Source: a virus. Taken from it: a stretch of 64,000 nucleotides of DNA. Made by a program: the position numbers and the translations under genes. Shown piece after piece: positions 34,059-44,625 of the stretch (the stretch's first letter is position 1; each line of letters begins with the position of its first letter). The DNA lies in IMG/VR virus record IMGVR_UViG_3300046786_000748, positions 32,001 to 96,000 of that record; one strand, written 5' to 3'. The notes below the pieces were generated by a model, which worked only from the letters and a program-made list of their open reading frames with translations, ran no database searches and was not told the DNA's origin.

Positions 34059-36323
34059 TTATATCAACGACTGCCCTCCGCCTGGAGAAGTATTGGTTTT
34101 AAGAACCGATACATTTCTTCCTTCTACACTAGGAATTAATCTAAAAATATCAGGCTCAGTATTGGAGGAATTCTTTTCATATAACTTTATTTTAACAGTC
34201 TTCGTACCTTCGTGGTCAATATCATTTATGTTTGTGTAAGAAACTTTATGTGTTGTGGGATGCCAAGTCATCATCCTTTCTGATGTATATGTCGATTCTT
34301 GTATCCCCTCAAATGTTACAGCACCACCCACTTGAAAAGAACCTGTAACAGTGGCATCATCGCCCACCCATAAACTTTGAGAAATTAACAAACTTCCTGA
34401 TAAAAACGTAGTTTTGTTTGGATCTTTTAAACCAGGTATATATACCGACAATGACGACCCCGATGGATCAAATGCAGCGACTGTTCTTAAATCGGAATAA
34501 ACCAAATTTGAGTTAACGTCGAAAAGTTCGGATTTGATTTCAAACGCTTCGTTTGCAATGTTAATCGGAAAAGGTATTCTTGTAACAAGCGTATCAGGAG
34601 AATATCCAAAATCTCCATACGATTTCATAGAAAGTTCTGAAATTATAACAGAACATTTTCTCGGAACCATAACCAACGTACCGTATAAATCGTTGGTAAG
34701 AGAAAACATGAAACTTGTTTTTGTATAAACTTTTTCTTCTATCGGTTCATATGCTGAAACAAATCCCAATTTTAATAACCCCGGCTGATTCTTAACAGCA
34801 TTCCTTTCAAGGTTTATTGCAGATAAAGAACTTGTAAAATAAAACTCCAATCCAGCATCAGTCTCCGATAAACCTGAACCGTCTTTTCTTAATATAGCAT
34901 TTAAAGAAACTATATAGTTTACATTTTTTTTAAGTTCTATAAAATTGGAATCGTAAGAAGAACCAGACGTAGAAGTAAACTCTGATAGACTATATGGAAA
35001 ATAAGTCGCGTTTCTCTCCAAATAAGAAGCATTATCTTTTAAAATAACATAATTGGATAAAGAATCATATTGAATGTGTTCGACTGTCGTGTTAATACGG
35101 ATTGCGTCAATTAATCTATCCGACGAATGAACTATAGATAGATTATTACTTCCTGTAAACCAATATTTGTTTATGTGTCGTTGATTGTAAAACGACCCCA
35201 TTTTATCAAAAGATTTATTTGTAGTAAGTTTGTCTTGTAATAACTCACCAGATGTTAACGGTTCGTCAGATATAACTTCAAAATCTCCAGGAGAAAATAA
35301 CGACTTTCTGTATAGTTTATGACGAGCAATAAACCCTGAAAACGTTCTTATGTTTTTATAAACTATATCAGCAAAAGATTGTTTTACAAAAACCTGACCG
35401 TCTCTTACATTGGTAACCAAATAACTTTGACTTTCAGATGCAGTATTATAAACTATATAAGGATATTTTACAAAAAAATCTCCATCTACAATGTTAACAA
35501 CAATATCGTTCTTGTTTCTGTCTTTATATGAAATAACATCATTTACTACTATCGTAGAATTATTAATTACTTTCTTAACAGATAATGACGTTGTAAAATC
35601 TACATTAGTGTTTTTGTAAGAAAATGGCTCTTGAACTGTTCTAACTCTAAAATCAACCTTGAAATCTTTCAACTGACTATTAAAAGAACCTGTTGGATCC
35701 ACATCGGACGGCAAGTTTTTTGCATATATTCTATAATCTATATCTATATTTCGTTTACTTAATTTTGGTGTATCTTTAGGAGGAGTGACTGCGAAACTAT
35801 AAAACGAACCGCTCATCTCAACCTGTTGATTCAAGTCTCCAACGTTAGCTAATACATTGGATAAAATAGGCAACACTTCTAATGTCGGTTTGTTATAAAA
35901 ACGGACTGAAGATACATTAGATTTGGTTTTGTTGATAGATATGTTACCAACCCATTTTACAGTAGCTCCGTTTACAGCCGTTCCGTACAAAATGAGTTTG
36001 CCGGGACCATTTGAGGTCTCGGCATAAACGTGAACTGAGAGAATGTAAGCAGAAGATTCTTTGTAAACTAAACTGATTTTAGTAGTAGCTTCAATATACA
36101 ACGGTTCACCGGCCGAATCAACACATTCTACGAGAACCTCAGATCCTTTTTTTAAATACTCCGAACCATTAAAGGTTACTGAATTCTTACCAGCAGTAAA
36201 CTCTGGTGAGAATTCTTGCAAAACAAAATATTTTGATAGGTATTCCGTGTCATTTAAATCGGTTTGTTTTGTCAACAAACCCAAATCTACACCACGTTTA
36301 CCAAATCCAGACAGTAATTCCAT
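34059..36323 (-). CDS. Putative virion structural protein
   Basis: 754 aa, beta-rich with SGS/TGS motifs; TATTTATT at 36351-36344 upstream. Confidence 0.55.
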   Translation of the reverse strand: MELLSGFGKRGVDLGLLTKQTDLNDTEYLSKYFVLQEFSPEFTAGKNSVTFNGSEYLKKGSEVLVECVDSAGEPLYIEATTKISLVYKESSAYILSVHVYAETSNGPGKLILYGTAVNGATVKWVGNISINKTKSNVSSVRFYNKPTLEVLPILSNVLANVGDLNQQVEMSGSFYSFAVTPPKDTPKLSKRNIDIDYRIYAKNLPSDVDPTGSFNSQLKDFKVDFRVRTVQEPFSYKNTNVDFTTSLSVKKVINNSTIVVNDVISYKDRNKNDIVVNIVDGDFFVKYPYIVYNTASESQSYLVTNVRDGQVFVKQSFADIVYKNIRTFSGFIARHKLYRKSLFSPGDFEVISDEPLTSGELLQDKLTTNKSFDKMGSFYNQRHINKYWFTGSNNLSIVHSSDRLIDAIRINTTVEHIQYDSLSNYVILKDNASYLERNATYFPYSLSEFTSTSGSSYDSNFIELKKNVNYIVSLNAILRKDGSGLSETDAGLEFYFTSSLSAINLERNAVKNQPGLLKLGFVSAYEPIEEKVYTKTSFMFSLTNDLYGTLVMVPRKCSVIISELSMKSYGDFGYSPDTLVTRIPFPINIANEAFEIKSELFDVNSNLVYSDLRTVAAFDPSGSSLSVYIPGLKDPNKTTFLSGSLLISQSLWVGDDATVTGSFQVGGAVTFEGIQESTYTSERMMTWHPTTHKVSYTNINDIDHEGTKTVKIKLYEKNSSNTEPDIFRLIPSVEGRNVSVLKTNTSPGGGQSLI

Positions 36324-36357
36324 AATTTATCGCTTCTATAAGCAATAAATATAGGAT

Positions 36358-39300
36358 TTACACAAAATTGACTACCGAAAACCCGTTATCCTTCTTGATT
36401 TCAATTTGTTTATCTACCATATCCCTCAATACGTCAAGGTGAGATATGATGATTATAAAATCAAAATTGGTCTTCAGGAACGCAAATAACGTCTGAACGG
36501 AAGGCATATTATTAGCATCAATAACGCCAAAACCTTCATCTACTACCAAGAAATTTGGACGTGGTAGGTTTGATACATTGACTAATGCTACACGAATTGC
36601 CAATGAAGACACAAACTTTTCAAACCCACTGGCCATTTCTATAGGCCATCGTTTGTCGTCATAAACAATATACGGAGTTACACTCTTGCCATCAGTTTCA
36701 ATAACAAGATGGAAATCTACCATTTGAGTTAAGATGTTGTTTACTTCACGCTCAACTTCCGGAACAATTCTTTGAATAACCATATATGGCAACCCATCTC
36801 TATTTACGGATTTTACATAAAGAGAATAAGCCTCATATTCCTTTTCCAACTTCTTGACCTTTTCGATAGATTCAACTATCTGTTGAATCTGAGTAGTCAA
36901 TACAGCCATCTTATTATTGACTTCTTGAACTCGTTTATTTTTCTGACCAATATTGAAATCTAAGTTTTTGATTTCAAGCTTTAACTTATCAATTTTCAAC
37001 TGAATGTCTTTGTTGGATTCAATCGTTTTCAATTGTTTGTTGTATTCATCAAGGTCTCTCTTTAAAGATTCAATTTCTTTTTCGTGTTTTTGAATCTCCA
37101 TTTGTCCCAACGAAACCGTCCGTTCCCATATGGAAACTTTATCTTTTACATTATTCAACTCTTTAAGCAACTTGGAATATTCCGTTTGAATTTCCAATAT
37201 CCAATTCAAAGAATCAAGTTCAAACTTTAATTTGTTTTTCTCCTCTAAAGCATTTTTTACTATAATCTTGTCAGCTTCAAGCTCGTCATTAAGTTGTTTC
37301 TGTTCATCTGCTACTGATTTGTTTCTACTGATACAATATTTACAATTTGAATCAAATTCATGTTTTTTTAACGATTCTCTTCTAGAAACTTTACTGCCGA
37401 CTTCAACTTTTTTAATGCCAAGATGACTTTCCAATTTGTCTAATTCTGACTTGATTTTATCGTATTTCTTACGATTGGTTTCAAAATCTCTGTCTTCTAT
37501 TTCTTTAATCTTCGACTTTAAAGAATTCACCGTTCCATCAGATGCAGATATATTAGCCTTAGTTTCAAATATAACTTGAGAATCGGATCCCCGGCGTTTA
37601 TTCAAATCACTAATTCTTCTATTTACATTATCGACGTTGATTGACATGTATTTAGATTCAACAGGTTTCAATAAACCAATTTGAACCATAAGGCTTTCAT
37701 TAACCTCTTCTCTAGAAAAAGTTAACTTAGACAATTGATTGGTTTCATCGTTAAAAACTTGAGTCAAAACCGACAGTTCATTTTCAAAAGCAACTTTTTT
37801 GGATTCAAGGTCATCTTTTTTATAAAGCTTTAATGAAGCTCCTACAGACTTTGATTCATCCGAAGCAACTTCCAACAACTTATCAAACAAAGTAAGACCT
37901 ATAAACTGGGAAAGCAAATCCTTTCTTTCGCTCTGTCCCATATCAATAAAAGAAGAGACGTTTTTTCCAGATTGAACCGAAAGAGACGTAAGAATGAAAT
38001 CCTCATAAGAACCAACAATCTCTTTTATAACATCATTTGTATTCCGTCTTGCTTCACCATTCAATTCTATGTCTTTGCCACCTTCTACTTTCCAGAATTT
38101 AACATCAACTTTGACATCACCCTTTCTGTTGGCAAGACCTTTTCGTTCAATGAAATAATCCACACCATTGACTTCAAAGTTAAACTTACATGAAAAGTTG
38201 GATTTTTGAACATTCAACACGTCTTTGGCTTTATAACCTCGGTCGAACTTATCGAAGATACAAAATGACAACGCTGAGAAAACACTTGATTTACCACAGG
38301 TGTTTGGTCCAAAAAGCCCCATTACATCTTTGGTTTTCGAAAAATCTATGACATTGGCTTCGCCATAACTGAACATATTAGAGAACTCAAATTTCTTGGG
38401 TTTCCATCGTATATTCCTAGATAAGTTATCCTTATCTACTTTGGTGTTTATGTTAGTGTTAATAGCCAATACCGAATCTACAACCGATTGATCAACGATT
38501 TTACACTTCTCCTTCAAAAACTCAGCAAGCAATTGATTTTGATAAGTGACATCGGCTATGTCCGCTAGATTTATGTTAGTAGCAACTTGTAGTTTTTTCT
38601 GGTCTTCATCGGACGGAACTCTTCCATAAGAAATTTCATCTATTAGAGACGACTTCTTGATATCAGCCACTACCGCTTTTACTTCGGAAATTACAGATTC
38701 GAAACATTTAACGTGAACCCTAGCCTTCTTTGGAATGTTTGTTAAATCCGTAACCAACTTTCCTTTGTTCACTTCAACAGTAAAAAAACCATAATCGTTT
38801 GGTATATTCGTATGAACGTATTTTTTAGTAGACAAATCCCACAACGAAAACCCATGACCATCAATTGATTCGCCGTGATTCTGTTGAATCATTGAACCTG
38901 GATAATGAACTGCTGGTTTAGATAAGAAACTCTCATAATATTGAAGGTCTTGTTTTTTATGAATATCTCCCAACAAAGCTATATGATGCCCATCGAAAAC
39001 CTCAACAGGCATTGCTTTGTTTACCATATAAAACCCTAAATCTGTCAAAGCAGAATTAACAGGTCCGTGATAAAGAGCTATGTGATGTAAATATTCATTT
39101 TTGTAGTTTTGAGGAATGTCGGCGTAAGAAAGATAATCTTCCGGTTCCGTAAAGACTGACATGTTATTAAACAAAATATCTCCGATAGAATACAATCCGT
39201 TATCTCGTAAATAAAACAACCAAGGGTGGTTTAACGCTCCGACAATTGGAGTTAAACTATCCAATCGATTTCTGTTAGTCAGAGTAGCATCGTGATTTCC

Positions 39301-39570
39301 AGCAACAAGAACGGTTGGACGAATTTCTGCACAATTGAAAAGAAATTCTCTTGCAGATTGAACACACTCAGGACTCAAATCAGATTTATTATGAAACAAA
39401 TCTCCCAAAACTGCTATCAATGTTGTCGTAGGCGTCTTCTTTACCTCTTCATAAAACTTGTTAAAAACTTCTGTATATTCATCATGTCGTTTTGTTAAAC
39501 GGATGTGAATATCAGCCACATGAACAATGTGAGTAAACTTTTTAATGGAACACTGTAATTTGTTAAGCAT
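36358..39570 (-). CDS. Fused Mre11/SbcD nuclease - Rad50/SbcC ATPase (gp47-gp46-like)
   Basis: ADIH, GDLFH, GNHD, LGDIH (Mre11); GPNTCGKSS Walker A, CKYC hook, ASGFE signature, VVDEG Walker B, ISH (Rad50); all in one ORF. Confidence 0.93.
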   Translation of the reverse strand: MLNKLQCSIKKFTHIVHVADIHIRLTKRHDEYTEVFNKFYEEVKKTPTTTLIAVLGDLFHNKSDLSPECVQSAREFLFNCAEIRPTVLVAGNHDATLTNRNRLDSLTPIVGALNHPWLFYLRDNGLYSIGDILFNNMSVFTEPEDYLSYADIPQNYKNEYLHHIALYHGPVNSALTDLGFYMVNKAMPVEVFDGHHIALLGDIHKKQDLQYYESFLSKPAVHYPGSMIQQNHGESIDGHGFSLWDLSTKKYVHTNIPNDYGFFTVEVNKGKLVTDLTNIPKKARVHVKCFESVISEVKAVVADIKKSSLIDEISYGRVPSDEDQKKLQVATNINLADIADVTYQNQLLAEFLKEKCKIVDQSVVDSVLAINTNINTKVDKDNLSRNIRWKPKKFEFSNMFSYGEANVIDFSKTKDVMGLFGPNTCGKSSVFSALSFCIFDKFDRGYKAKDVLNVQKSNFSCKFNFEVNGVDYFIERKGLANRKGDVKVDVKFWKVEGGKDIELNGEARRNTNDVIKEIVGSYEDFILTSLSVQSGKNVSSFIDMGQSERKDLLSQFIGLTLFDKLLEVASDESKSVGASLKLYKKDDLESKKVAFENELSVLTQVFNDETNQLSKLTFSREEVNESLMVQIGLLKPVESKYMSINVDNVNRRISDLNKRRGSDSQVIFETKANISASDGTVNSLKSKIKEIEDRDFETNRKKYDKIKSELDKLESHLGIKKVEVGSKVSRRESLKKHEFDSNCKYCISRNKSVADEQKQLNDELEADKIIVKNALEEKNKLKFELDSLNWILEIQTEYSKLLKELNNVKDKVSIWERTVSLGQMEIQKHEKEIESLKRDLDEYNKQLKTIESNKDIQLKIDKLKLEIKNLDFNIGQKNKRVQEVNNKMAVLTTQIQQIVESIEKVKKLEKEYEAYSLYVKSVNRDGLPYMVIQRIVPEVEREVNNILTQMVDFHLVIETDGKSVTPYIVYDDKRWPIEMASGFEKFVSSLAIRVALVNVSNLPRPNFLVVDEGFGVIDANNMPSVQTLFAFLKTNFDFIIIISHLDVLRDMVDKQIEIKKDNGFSVVNFV

Positions 39571-39574
39571 AATT

Positions 39575-40519
39575 TTATGTATTCATCTTCATCGAAATGA
39601 TATCAGAAAACTCTATAGTCCTTGTAGAATTTATTTCCGAAGTCGTCTTTTCAAAACCTAAACTGGACGGATCATGTCCTCCCAACTTTATCAAACTAAC
39701 ATCAATACCTTGGTTGCTAAGATAATTAGAAATCTCCAATGCGTTTTTTACAGCATCATCATCAAGACAAACATTGACTTTACAGACATCATATTCAAAT
39801 ATTGCCTCTTTCAAAGACTGCGATATTATCTTACCAAACAATGGAATCGCATTTCTTCGTATAGATATAGCGTCAAAAACACCTTCAACCAAAGTGATTG
39901 GTTCATTCCAATTGATATATAATTCGAAACCAATAAAATCTTTCGACCAATCGGGAGTTAAATATTTCAAATAGGACGAATTTAAAAAATCTCTGGCGGT
40001 GAAGAAATTCAAATCACCATTGGCATCGTAAGACGGAACCACAATTCTGTTTCTATACTTACCATCCTCACAATAACCTATATTGTACCGTAAAATATCA
40101 TCCCTAGTTATGTTTCTATTTTTAAGATACCTAACCGCATGTTTGTAACAAATCGAATTTGATGGAACAGCAATACTCAAAAATTCATCTGGTAGTTTTA
40201 GTAAATCTTGTTCTTTCTTTACTCTACCATAATTCGGTTTAAAGTGTTCGCCAATGATGCCATACAGTTCTTTGTATAAAGCAGGTGAAGCCTTGAGTTT
40301 CTTAAACAGAGTCTTGAAACTCTTTCCCGATTCACCACAAGCAAAACAGTTATACTCCGCTGTATCAAGATTAATTCCAAACTTCTTACGAGATACGTTA
40401 TTGATTGCCTTATGAAAAGGACAAACATAAGTAACTTCAAAATCAGAAGTTTGTTTACCTTCCTGTTTGAGTACTTTGTTTAAAAGAAAAGTAAGTTTAG
40501 ATTTCTGTACCAAGTCCAC
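39575..40519 (-). CDS. DNA primase (Zn-finger and TOPRIM)
   Basis: CPFH...CFAC; YLKNRNI; RIVVP; LVEGVFDA; CLDDDA. Confidence 0.88.
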   Translation of the reverse strand: MDLVQKSKLTFLLNKVLKQEGKQTSDFEVTYVCPFHKAINNVSRKKFGINLDTAEYNCFACGESGKSFKTLFKKLKASPALYKELYGIIGEHFKPNYGRVKKEQDLLKLPDEFLSIAVPSNSICYKHAVRYLKNRNITRDDILRYNIGYCEDGKYRNRIVVPSYDANGDLNFFTARDFLNSSYLKYLTPDWSKDFIGFELYINWNEPITLVEGVFDAISIRRNAIPLFGKIISQSLKEAIFEYDVCKVNVCLDDDAVKNALEISNYLSNQGIDVSLIKLGGHDPSSLGFEKTTSEINSTRTIEFSDIISMKMNT

Positions 40520-40525
40520 AACTCA

Positions 40526-40554
40526 AGATTATCAGAAAGAGACACTTAAAACAA
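40526..40554 (-). promoter_or_regulatory. Sigma70-type promoter TTGTTT-17-(TGn)TAATCT upstream of primase
   Basis: Extended -10 at 40531-40526, 6 nt before GTG 40519. Confidence 0.45.
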
Positions 40555-40560
40555 CTTTTA

Positions 40561-40962
40561 TTATTTTTGGTTGCGGATTCTCAAATTTAAAACTTCGTTG
40601 TAATATTCTAAACTAAACAAAGCGTTTCTATCGACAATTTCTTTGGTTTCGTGATAAGCTAACAAAAGTTTTGAGGGGTGAAATGATAAAATATCAAACT
40701 GAAAGTTTTCTTTACCAAGAGTCTCTATATCCAAATTGAGTTTCGGAGATGAACCGGTGTATTCTTTCCAATCGCTCTCAACCTTATAACGTCTAGCATT
40801 GACACGTCCTTTCAGGGGTTTTCTCTTCTTTTTATTCTCCAGTAACTTTTTACCAACATATTTTCGGCTGTTGGTTTTGTTAGTGATGATATAAACAAAC
40901 CCCAAAGAACCTTCCGGTATTATTTCTAAATTATTTGGTAAATTCCAATGTCCTGTATCCAT
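40561..40962 (-). CDS. Small GIY-YIG nuclease (Seg/EndoII-like)
   Basis: GFVYIITNKTNSRKYVGKK...SDWKEYTGSS...YYN. Confidence 0.8.
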   Translation of the reverse strand: MDTGHWNLPNNLEIIPEGSLGFVYIITNKTNSRKYVGKKLLENKKKRKPLKGRVNARRYKVESDWKEYTGSSPKLNLDIETLGKENFQFDILSFHPSKLLLAYHETKEIVDRNALFSLEYYNEVLNLRIRNQK

Positions 40963-40969
40963 ATAAAGT

Positions 40970-41003
40970 AAATAGGACGATATACTTTACTATCGTCCTA
41001 TTT
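40970..41003 (-). terminator. Hairpin/terminator
   Basis: AAATAGGACGATA/TATCGTCCTATTT inverted repeat. Confidence 0.7.
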
Positions 41004-41025
41004 TAATTCTACAATGTTGTTAAGT

Positions 41026-41265
41026 TTATGGTTTATACTTCTGTGTAGTGTGACCACTTGCAGCAGCAGTATTTAATGCCTTATCGCTAAACGTCTCAGG
41101 AGCAAGACCAGAGGGGGTCTGCAATACTTTATTTTGATGACCAAAATCGATGGGTTGTTTCTTGACCTCCTTTGCGTCAAAAGCTCCTCCTACTTTTTGA
41201 TTGGCATATCTCTCCTCTAATGTCATTTCAAGAGAAGGTCTTTCAGTTGGCGTTTGTATTGGCAT
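41026..41265 (-). CDS. Small hypothetical protein
   Basis: 79 aa; AGGA RBS and TATTTATT (41291-41284) upstream. Confidence 0.65.
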   Translation of the reverse strand: MPIQTPTERPSLEMTLEERYANQKVGGAFDAKEVKKQPIDFGHQNKVLQTPSGLAPETFSDKALNTAAASGHTTQKYKP

Positions 41266-41294
41266 AATAGTGTCCTATCTTATAATAAATATGG

Positions 41295-43796
41295 TTAGAA
41301 ATCTAATTTCACTACAAAATTGATTGGAAAATCTTGAGCGAGTTTAATTGGACTTCCCAATTTAGCTACAGCAACTAAATCCAATCCGTTGTAAAGTCCT
41401 ATGGACGTAACATATGGAGCTAAATAAGAACCCGTCTTATCAGCGTTGGATTGAGAAACATAAGTTAAGAACTCGTCTTTGATCAAAGGTGCTTTGTTTC
41501 GTTTTGTTCTACTATCCAAGTGGTCTATAATATCACTGAACAATTTTCGTTTGGAATTTGGCGTTATGTAAGATTGATAATTAACTTGGTTTAATCTATT
41601 CGAACAATATTTCCAGAATATCTTCATATCATTCAAATCAATTTTAGAATCTTGGTTAAAATCAAATTCATAAATACCAATATTATTTAGTATGTTGAAG
41701 AAAGACTGAGAAATATAATCATCTCCTGTGTTATAATAAGAACTGTTAGCCGATTGGAAATTATAGAAGGAAATTTCATCATCTTCTGTAAGCAAAGACG
41801 CACTCCAATTTGATGTAGGTGTTGTGTTATATCGCGTGTTTATATTTTGCATATAACGAAGAATAACATCCAAATCTTGCCAATCAAAATAACCGTTCCC
41901 ATTTATATCAAACAGTGCTCTTTCCCAAGTTGTCGCAGATGGGTTTGTGGAAACATTGAACTCTCCTGGTTCAACTGTACACACAATTTGTTTTTCGTAT
42001 AAAGTCTGTTTGCTATCAAAATGAACTTCATATTCATAACTCCATTCACTAATAGGATTGAACCACATTCCTTCAAAAACGGACCCTGATGTATTCAATA
42101 CAACTTTACCATTTCTGTAAAATACATTACCTACATGAAATTCGTCACGAAAATTATTCCAGTTGTAAATATACGTTTTTCCAGCTAAATCTTCTAACTC
42201 CAATAAGTCATTACCAATAAAACTAGCGGTGTTAGTAATGTTTAGTTCTCTATTATCATCATAAATTATCAAAGGAGCACCAACAACCAAGCTCTTATCA
42301 GTTAGAGCAACATCATATCCAAATCCTCTGAATGGTGCTAAATATCTCTTTTTACGTTGATATACATTAACAACATCCCAATCCAATGAATCTACTGACG
42401 ATGTATCTTTTTGCATCAAAATAACTTGCCCATGAATGTAATTTTCTAAATCTGAATAACAATAATTTTGTTGCCAAACAGAACCTTCAATATAACAAGA
42501 ATTTATAGTTTCGACGTTTGATTTAGGACATCCAATAAGACATTTGTCGTCCCATAAATCAACTGAAAATCCCATCTTGTTATTCTTCAAAGTTTTATCG
42601 TTTCCGTAAAACTTTTTAACTAAACTCCATCCTCTAGTTGTATTGGAACATCTATGATATAGATAACAAGCACCTTGTTTGTAAGCTCTTGAACCGGAAT
42701 ACTCATAAATCCATCGGTCTGTAGGAGCACCAATAGCTATATCATTCCCCCACAAAGCCACAGAGTTTCCATAACCATCTATTGTATAATCTTCACAACG
42801 GGGTATAGGATTTACATCATAAAACGGAAGATATCGTAAAGTTCTATCTGCTTCAAAAGTATTTTTTTCCTTCCAGTTAACACCATCAAATTCAAAGAAA
42901 TAAGCTTTACTACCAGCAGTAGTTTTATTTCCATTGCCCACAATTAAACTTGAACTATATGATTGAGTAGCTTTATTCAAATCCAAAGAATAACCAAAGT
43001 AATCTCCAACAGCATTTGAACTTCCTGTTATAGTTTGAAAGAATGTAAAATTAATGTTTTGAGAGTTTCCCGGCTCATCTCGTCTGTATATATGAACTCC
43101 TCCCAAAGAGTTATTCCAATCAGGAGAACCTACTGCTAACCATTCATCATTAACAGAAACGCAAAAACCAAAACTTCCTGTGACCGGTTCATCCACAGGC
43201 GGTTGAATGGCTTGTGATAAAAACGCTGAACCGGTTGAAATATACCCATCTAATGCACTTGAATTAAGAAGTGTTAAGTTATAGATGTCTACAGAAGAAC
43301 CTGTTGCAAAAATTTCTTTATCAGAAATGTTTATGTAATGATTGTGCCATCTACTACCCACTGCTAATACATTGTTATAAACATCTATAGCATGTCCGTA
43401 ATCGTCTTCATATGTAGACGTATAAGATTGTGCATCTATTTCAATCTGTAAATCTCCAAGCAACCATTGATACCAATATAAATGAACATAAGGAGTTCCC
43501 CACCAATGAACAATTGGTATCCAATAATTTTTGACGGTATCCGTATGAATTTCCGCCGAAGAAGTATCTTCTGCTAATACAACAAAATCTCCGCCGTTTA
43601 TTGGTTTGTATAGAGTAAGAAGTAAATCGTGTTGGTCGGTTAATGTATTATATTTGTAAACATCAACTGAACCTGTTCTCCAAAAAGAAGCACTATTCGT
43701 ATCATATTTGAATGAAGAAGGATTTCCAACAACAACCCAATCGTCATGAGTGGTTACTGCGTATCCATTATTTTCATTTTGAACATGTACTAACAT
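41295..43796 (-). CDS. Baseplate/tail protein with FG-GAP beta-propeller and paired EF-hand/dockerin-like loops
   Basis: Repeats such as FGFCVSV..WLAVGSP and YGNSVAL..IAIGAP; DINGNGYFDWQD and DFNQDSKIDLND; C-terminus PYVTSIGLYN..LVAVAKL..PI...KLDF. Confidence 0.7.
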   Translation of the reverse strand: MLVHVQNENNGYAVTTHDDWVVVGNPSSFKYDTNSASFWRTGSVDVYKYNTLTDQHDLLLTLYKPINGGDFVVLAEDTSSAEIHTDTVKNYWIPIVHWWGTPYVHLYWYQWLLGDLQIEIDAQSYTSTYEDDYGHAIDVYNNVLAVGSRWHNHYINISDKEIFATGSSVDIYNLTLLNSSALDGYISTGSAFLSQAIQPPVDEPVTGSFGFCVSVNDEWLAVGSPDWNNSLGGVHIYRRDEPGNSQNINFTFFQTITGSSNAVGDYFGYSLDLNKATQSYSSSLIVGNGNKTTAGSKAYFFEFDGVNWKEKNTFEADRTLRYLPFYDVNPIPRCEDYTIDGYGNSVALWGNDIAIGAPTDRWIYEYSGSRAYKQGACYLYHRCSNTTRGWSLVKKFYGNDKTLKNNKMGFSVDLWDDKCLIGCPKSNVETINSCYIEGSVWQQNYCYSDLENYIHGQVILMQKDTSSVDSLDWDVVNVYQRKKRYLAPFRGFGYDVALTDKSLVVGAPLIIYDDNRELNITNTASFIGNDLLELEDLAGKTYIYNWNNFRDEFHVGNVFYRNGKVVLNTSGSVFEGMWFNPISEWSYEYEVHFDSKQTLYEKQIVCTVEPGEFNVSTNPSATTWERALFDINGNGYFDWQDLDVILRYMQNINTRYNTTPTSNWSASLLTEDDEISFYNFQSANSSYYNTGDDYISQSFFNILNNIGIYEFDFNQDSKIDLNDMKIFWKYCSNRLNQVNYQSYITPNSKRKLFSDIIDHLDSRTKRNKAPLIKDEFLTYVSQSNADKTGSYLAPYVTSIGLYNGLDLVAVAKLGSPIKLAQDFPINFVVKLDF

Positions 43797-43799
43797 AAA

Positions 43800-44543
43800 T
43801 TACCAAGGTTGACAGTTAACAGGTGATAAATAACTGGATGTACTTGAACTACCATAATAACTTCCAGTTACTCCTGATTGACGAGACTCAATATTAGTAT
43901 AATAAAATTCACATACAGAAGATGTTTCTGTCGTATTAACTCTGTTATAAAACTTTCTAACTTCTTGAACTCTTGAGAAAAGGTTTTCTTTAGCAACTAT
44001 GTTTCCTTTACCATCATCTACTATTTGAAAATTATCATCCAAAGCATTGTCAATTAAAAGAATTGTATTTTCCAACATCTTTTCACCAAAGTAGTTTTTG
44101 GGAATTGTAAAAACTCTAAATTCATCCGATAAAAATTTCTTGATATTAGATGTTTGAAAATCTATATTTTCCATACCAAACATTTTTGTCGGATCATTCC
44201 ACTCATTATAGAAAGCATTCTTAATCTGAGTGTAAACAAGACGCTTATATGTTCCTGTGTTATTCTTCGGATCGGTTTCGCTGAACATTCCTTCACTCTT
44301 TTTACCTTCATCGTAAAGAACATTATCAGGATCTTGTTGTTCCAAAGCAATATTACATTCTCGATTTAGAATTGGAAGACCATCGCCGCCTTCATAATCA
44401 ATGAATTCCTGAGAAACAAATATTTCTTGTGGTTTTTCTTCTACTAAAACCAAATCTTGATTTTGAAAAGACGTAAGAACCCAGGGTTTTGTAGCAACAA
44501 AAGGGATATTTTGTATATCGTTTCTCTTAAAGTTCTTAATCAT
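43800..44543 (-). CDS. Structural protein, paralog of the N-terminal half of the 421-aa protein
   Basis: MIKNFKRNDI, VYTQIKN, IPKNYFGEKM, IVDDGKGN; TATTTATA at 44557-44550 upstream. Confidence 0.6.
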   Translation of the reverse strand: MIKNFKRNDIQNIPFVATKPWVLTSFQNQDLVLVEEKPQEIFVSQEFIDYEGGDGLPILNRECNIALEQQDPDNVLYDEGKKSEGMFSETDPKNNTGTYKRLVYTQIKNAFYNEWNDPTKMFGMENIDFQTSNIKKFLSDEFRVFTIPKNYFGEKMLENTILLIDNALDDNFQIVDDGKGNIVAKENLFSRVQEVRKFYNRVNTTETSSVCEFYYTNIESRQSGVTGSYYGSSSTSSYLSPVNCQPW

Positions 44544-44570
44544 CTACAGTATAAATATACAGAGAGTACA

Positions 44571-44605
44571 AAATAAAAATGACCTTAAACAGGTCATTTT
44601 TATTT
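44571..44605 (-). terminator. Intrinsic terminator
   Basis: AAATAAAAATGACCT/AGGTCATTTTTATTT inverted repeat. Confidence 0.75.
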
Positions 44606-44625
44606 AATTTGTTACCCCATTCCTA

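Noticed and set aside
43794-43802. In-frame TAA TTT ATG junction suggesting readthrough between the 247-aa and 833-aa ORFs
   Set aside because: The same TAA-T(2-4)-ATG spacing occurs at many junctions, in and out of frame (e.g. 57376/57372, 52813/52808), so it looks like routine translational coupling.
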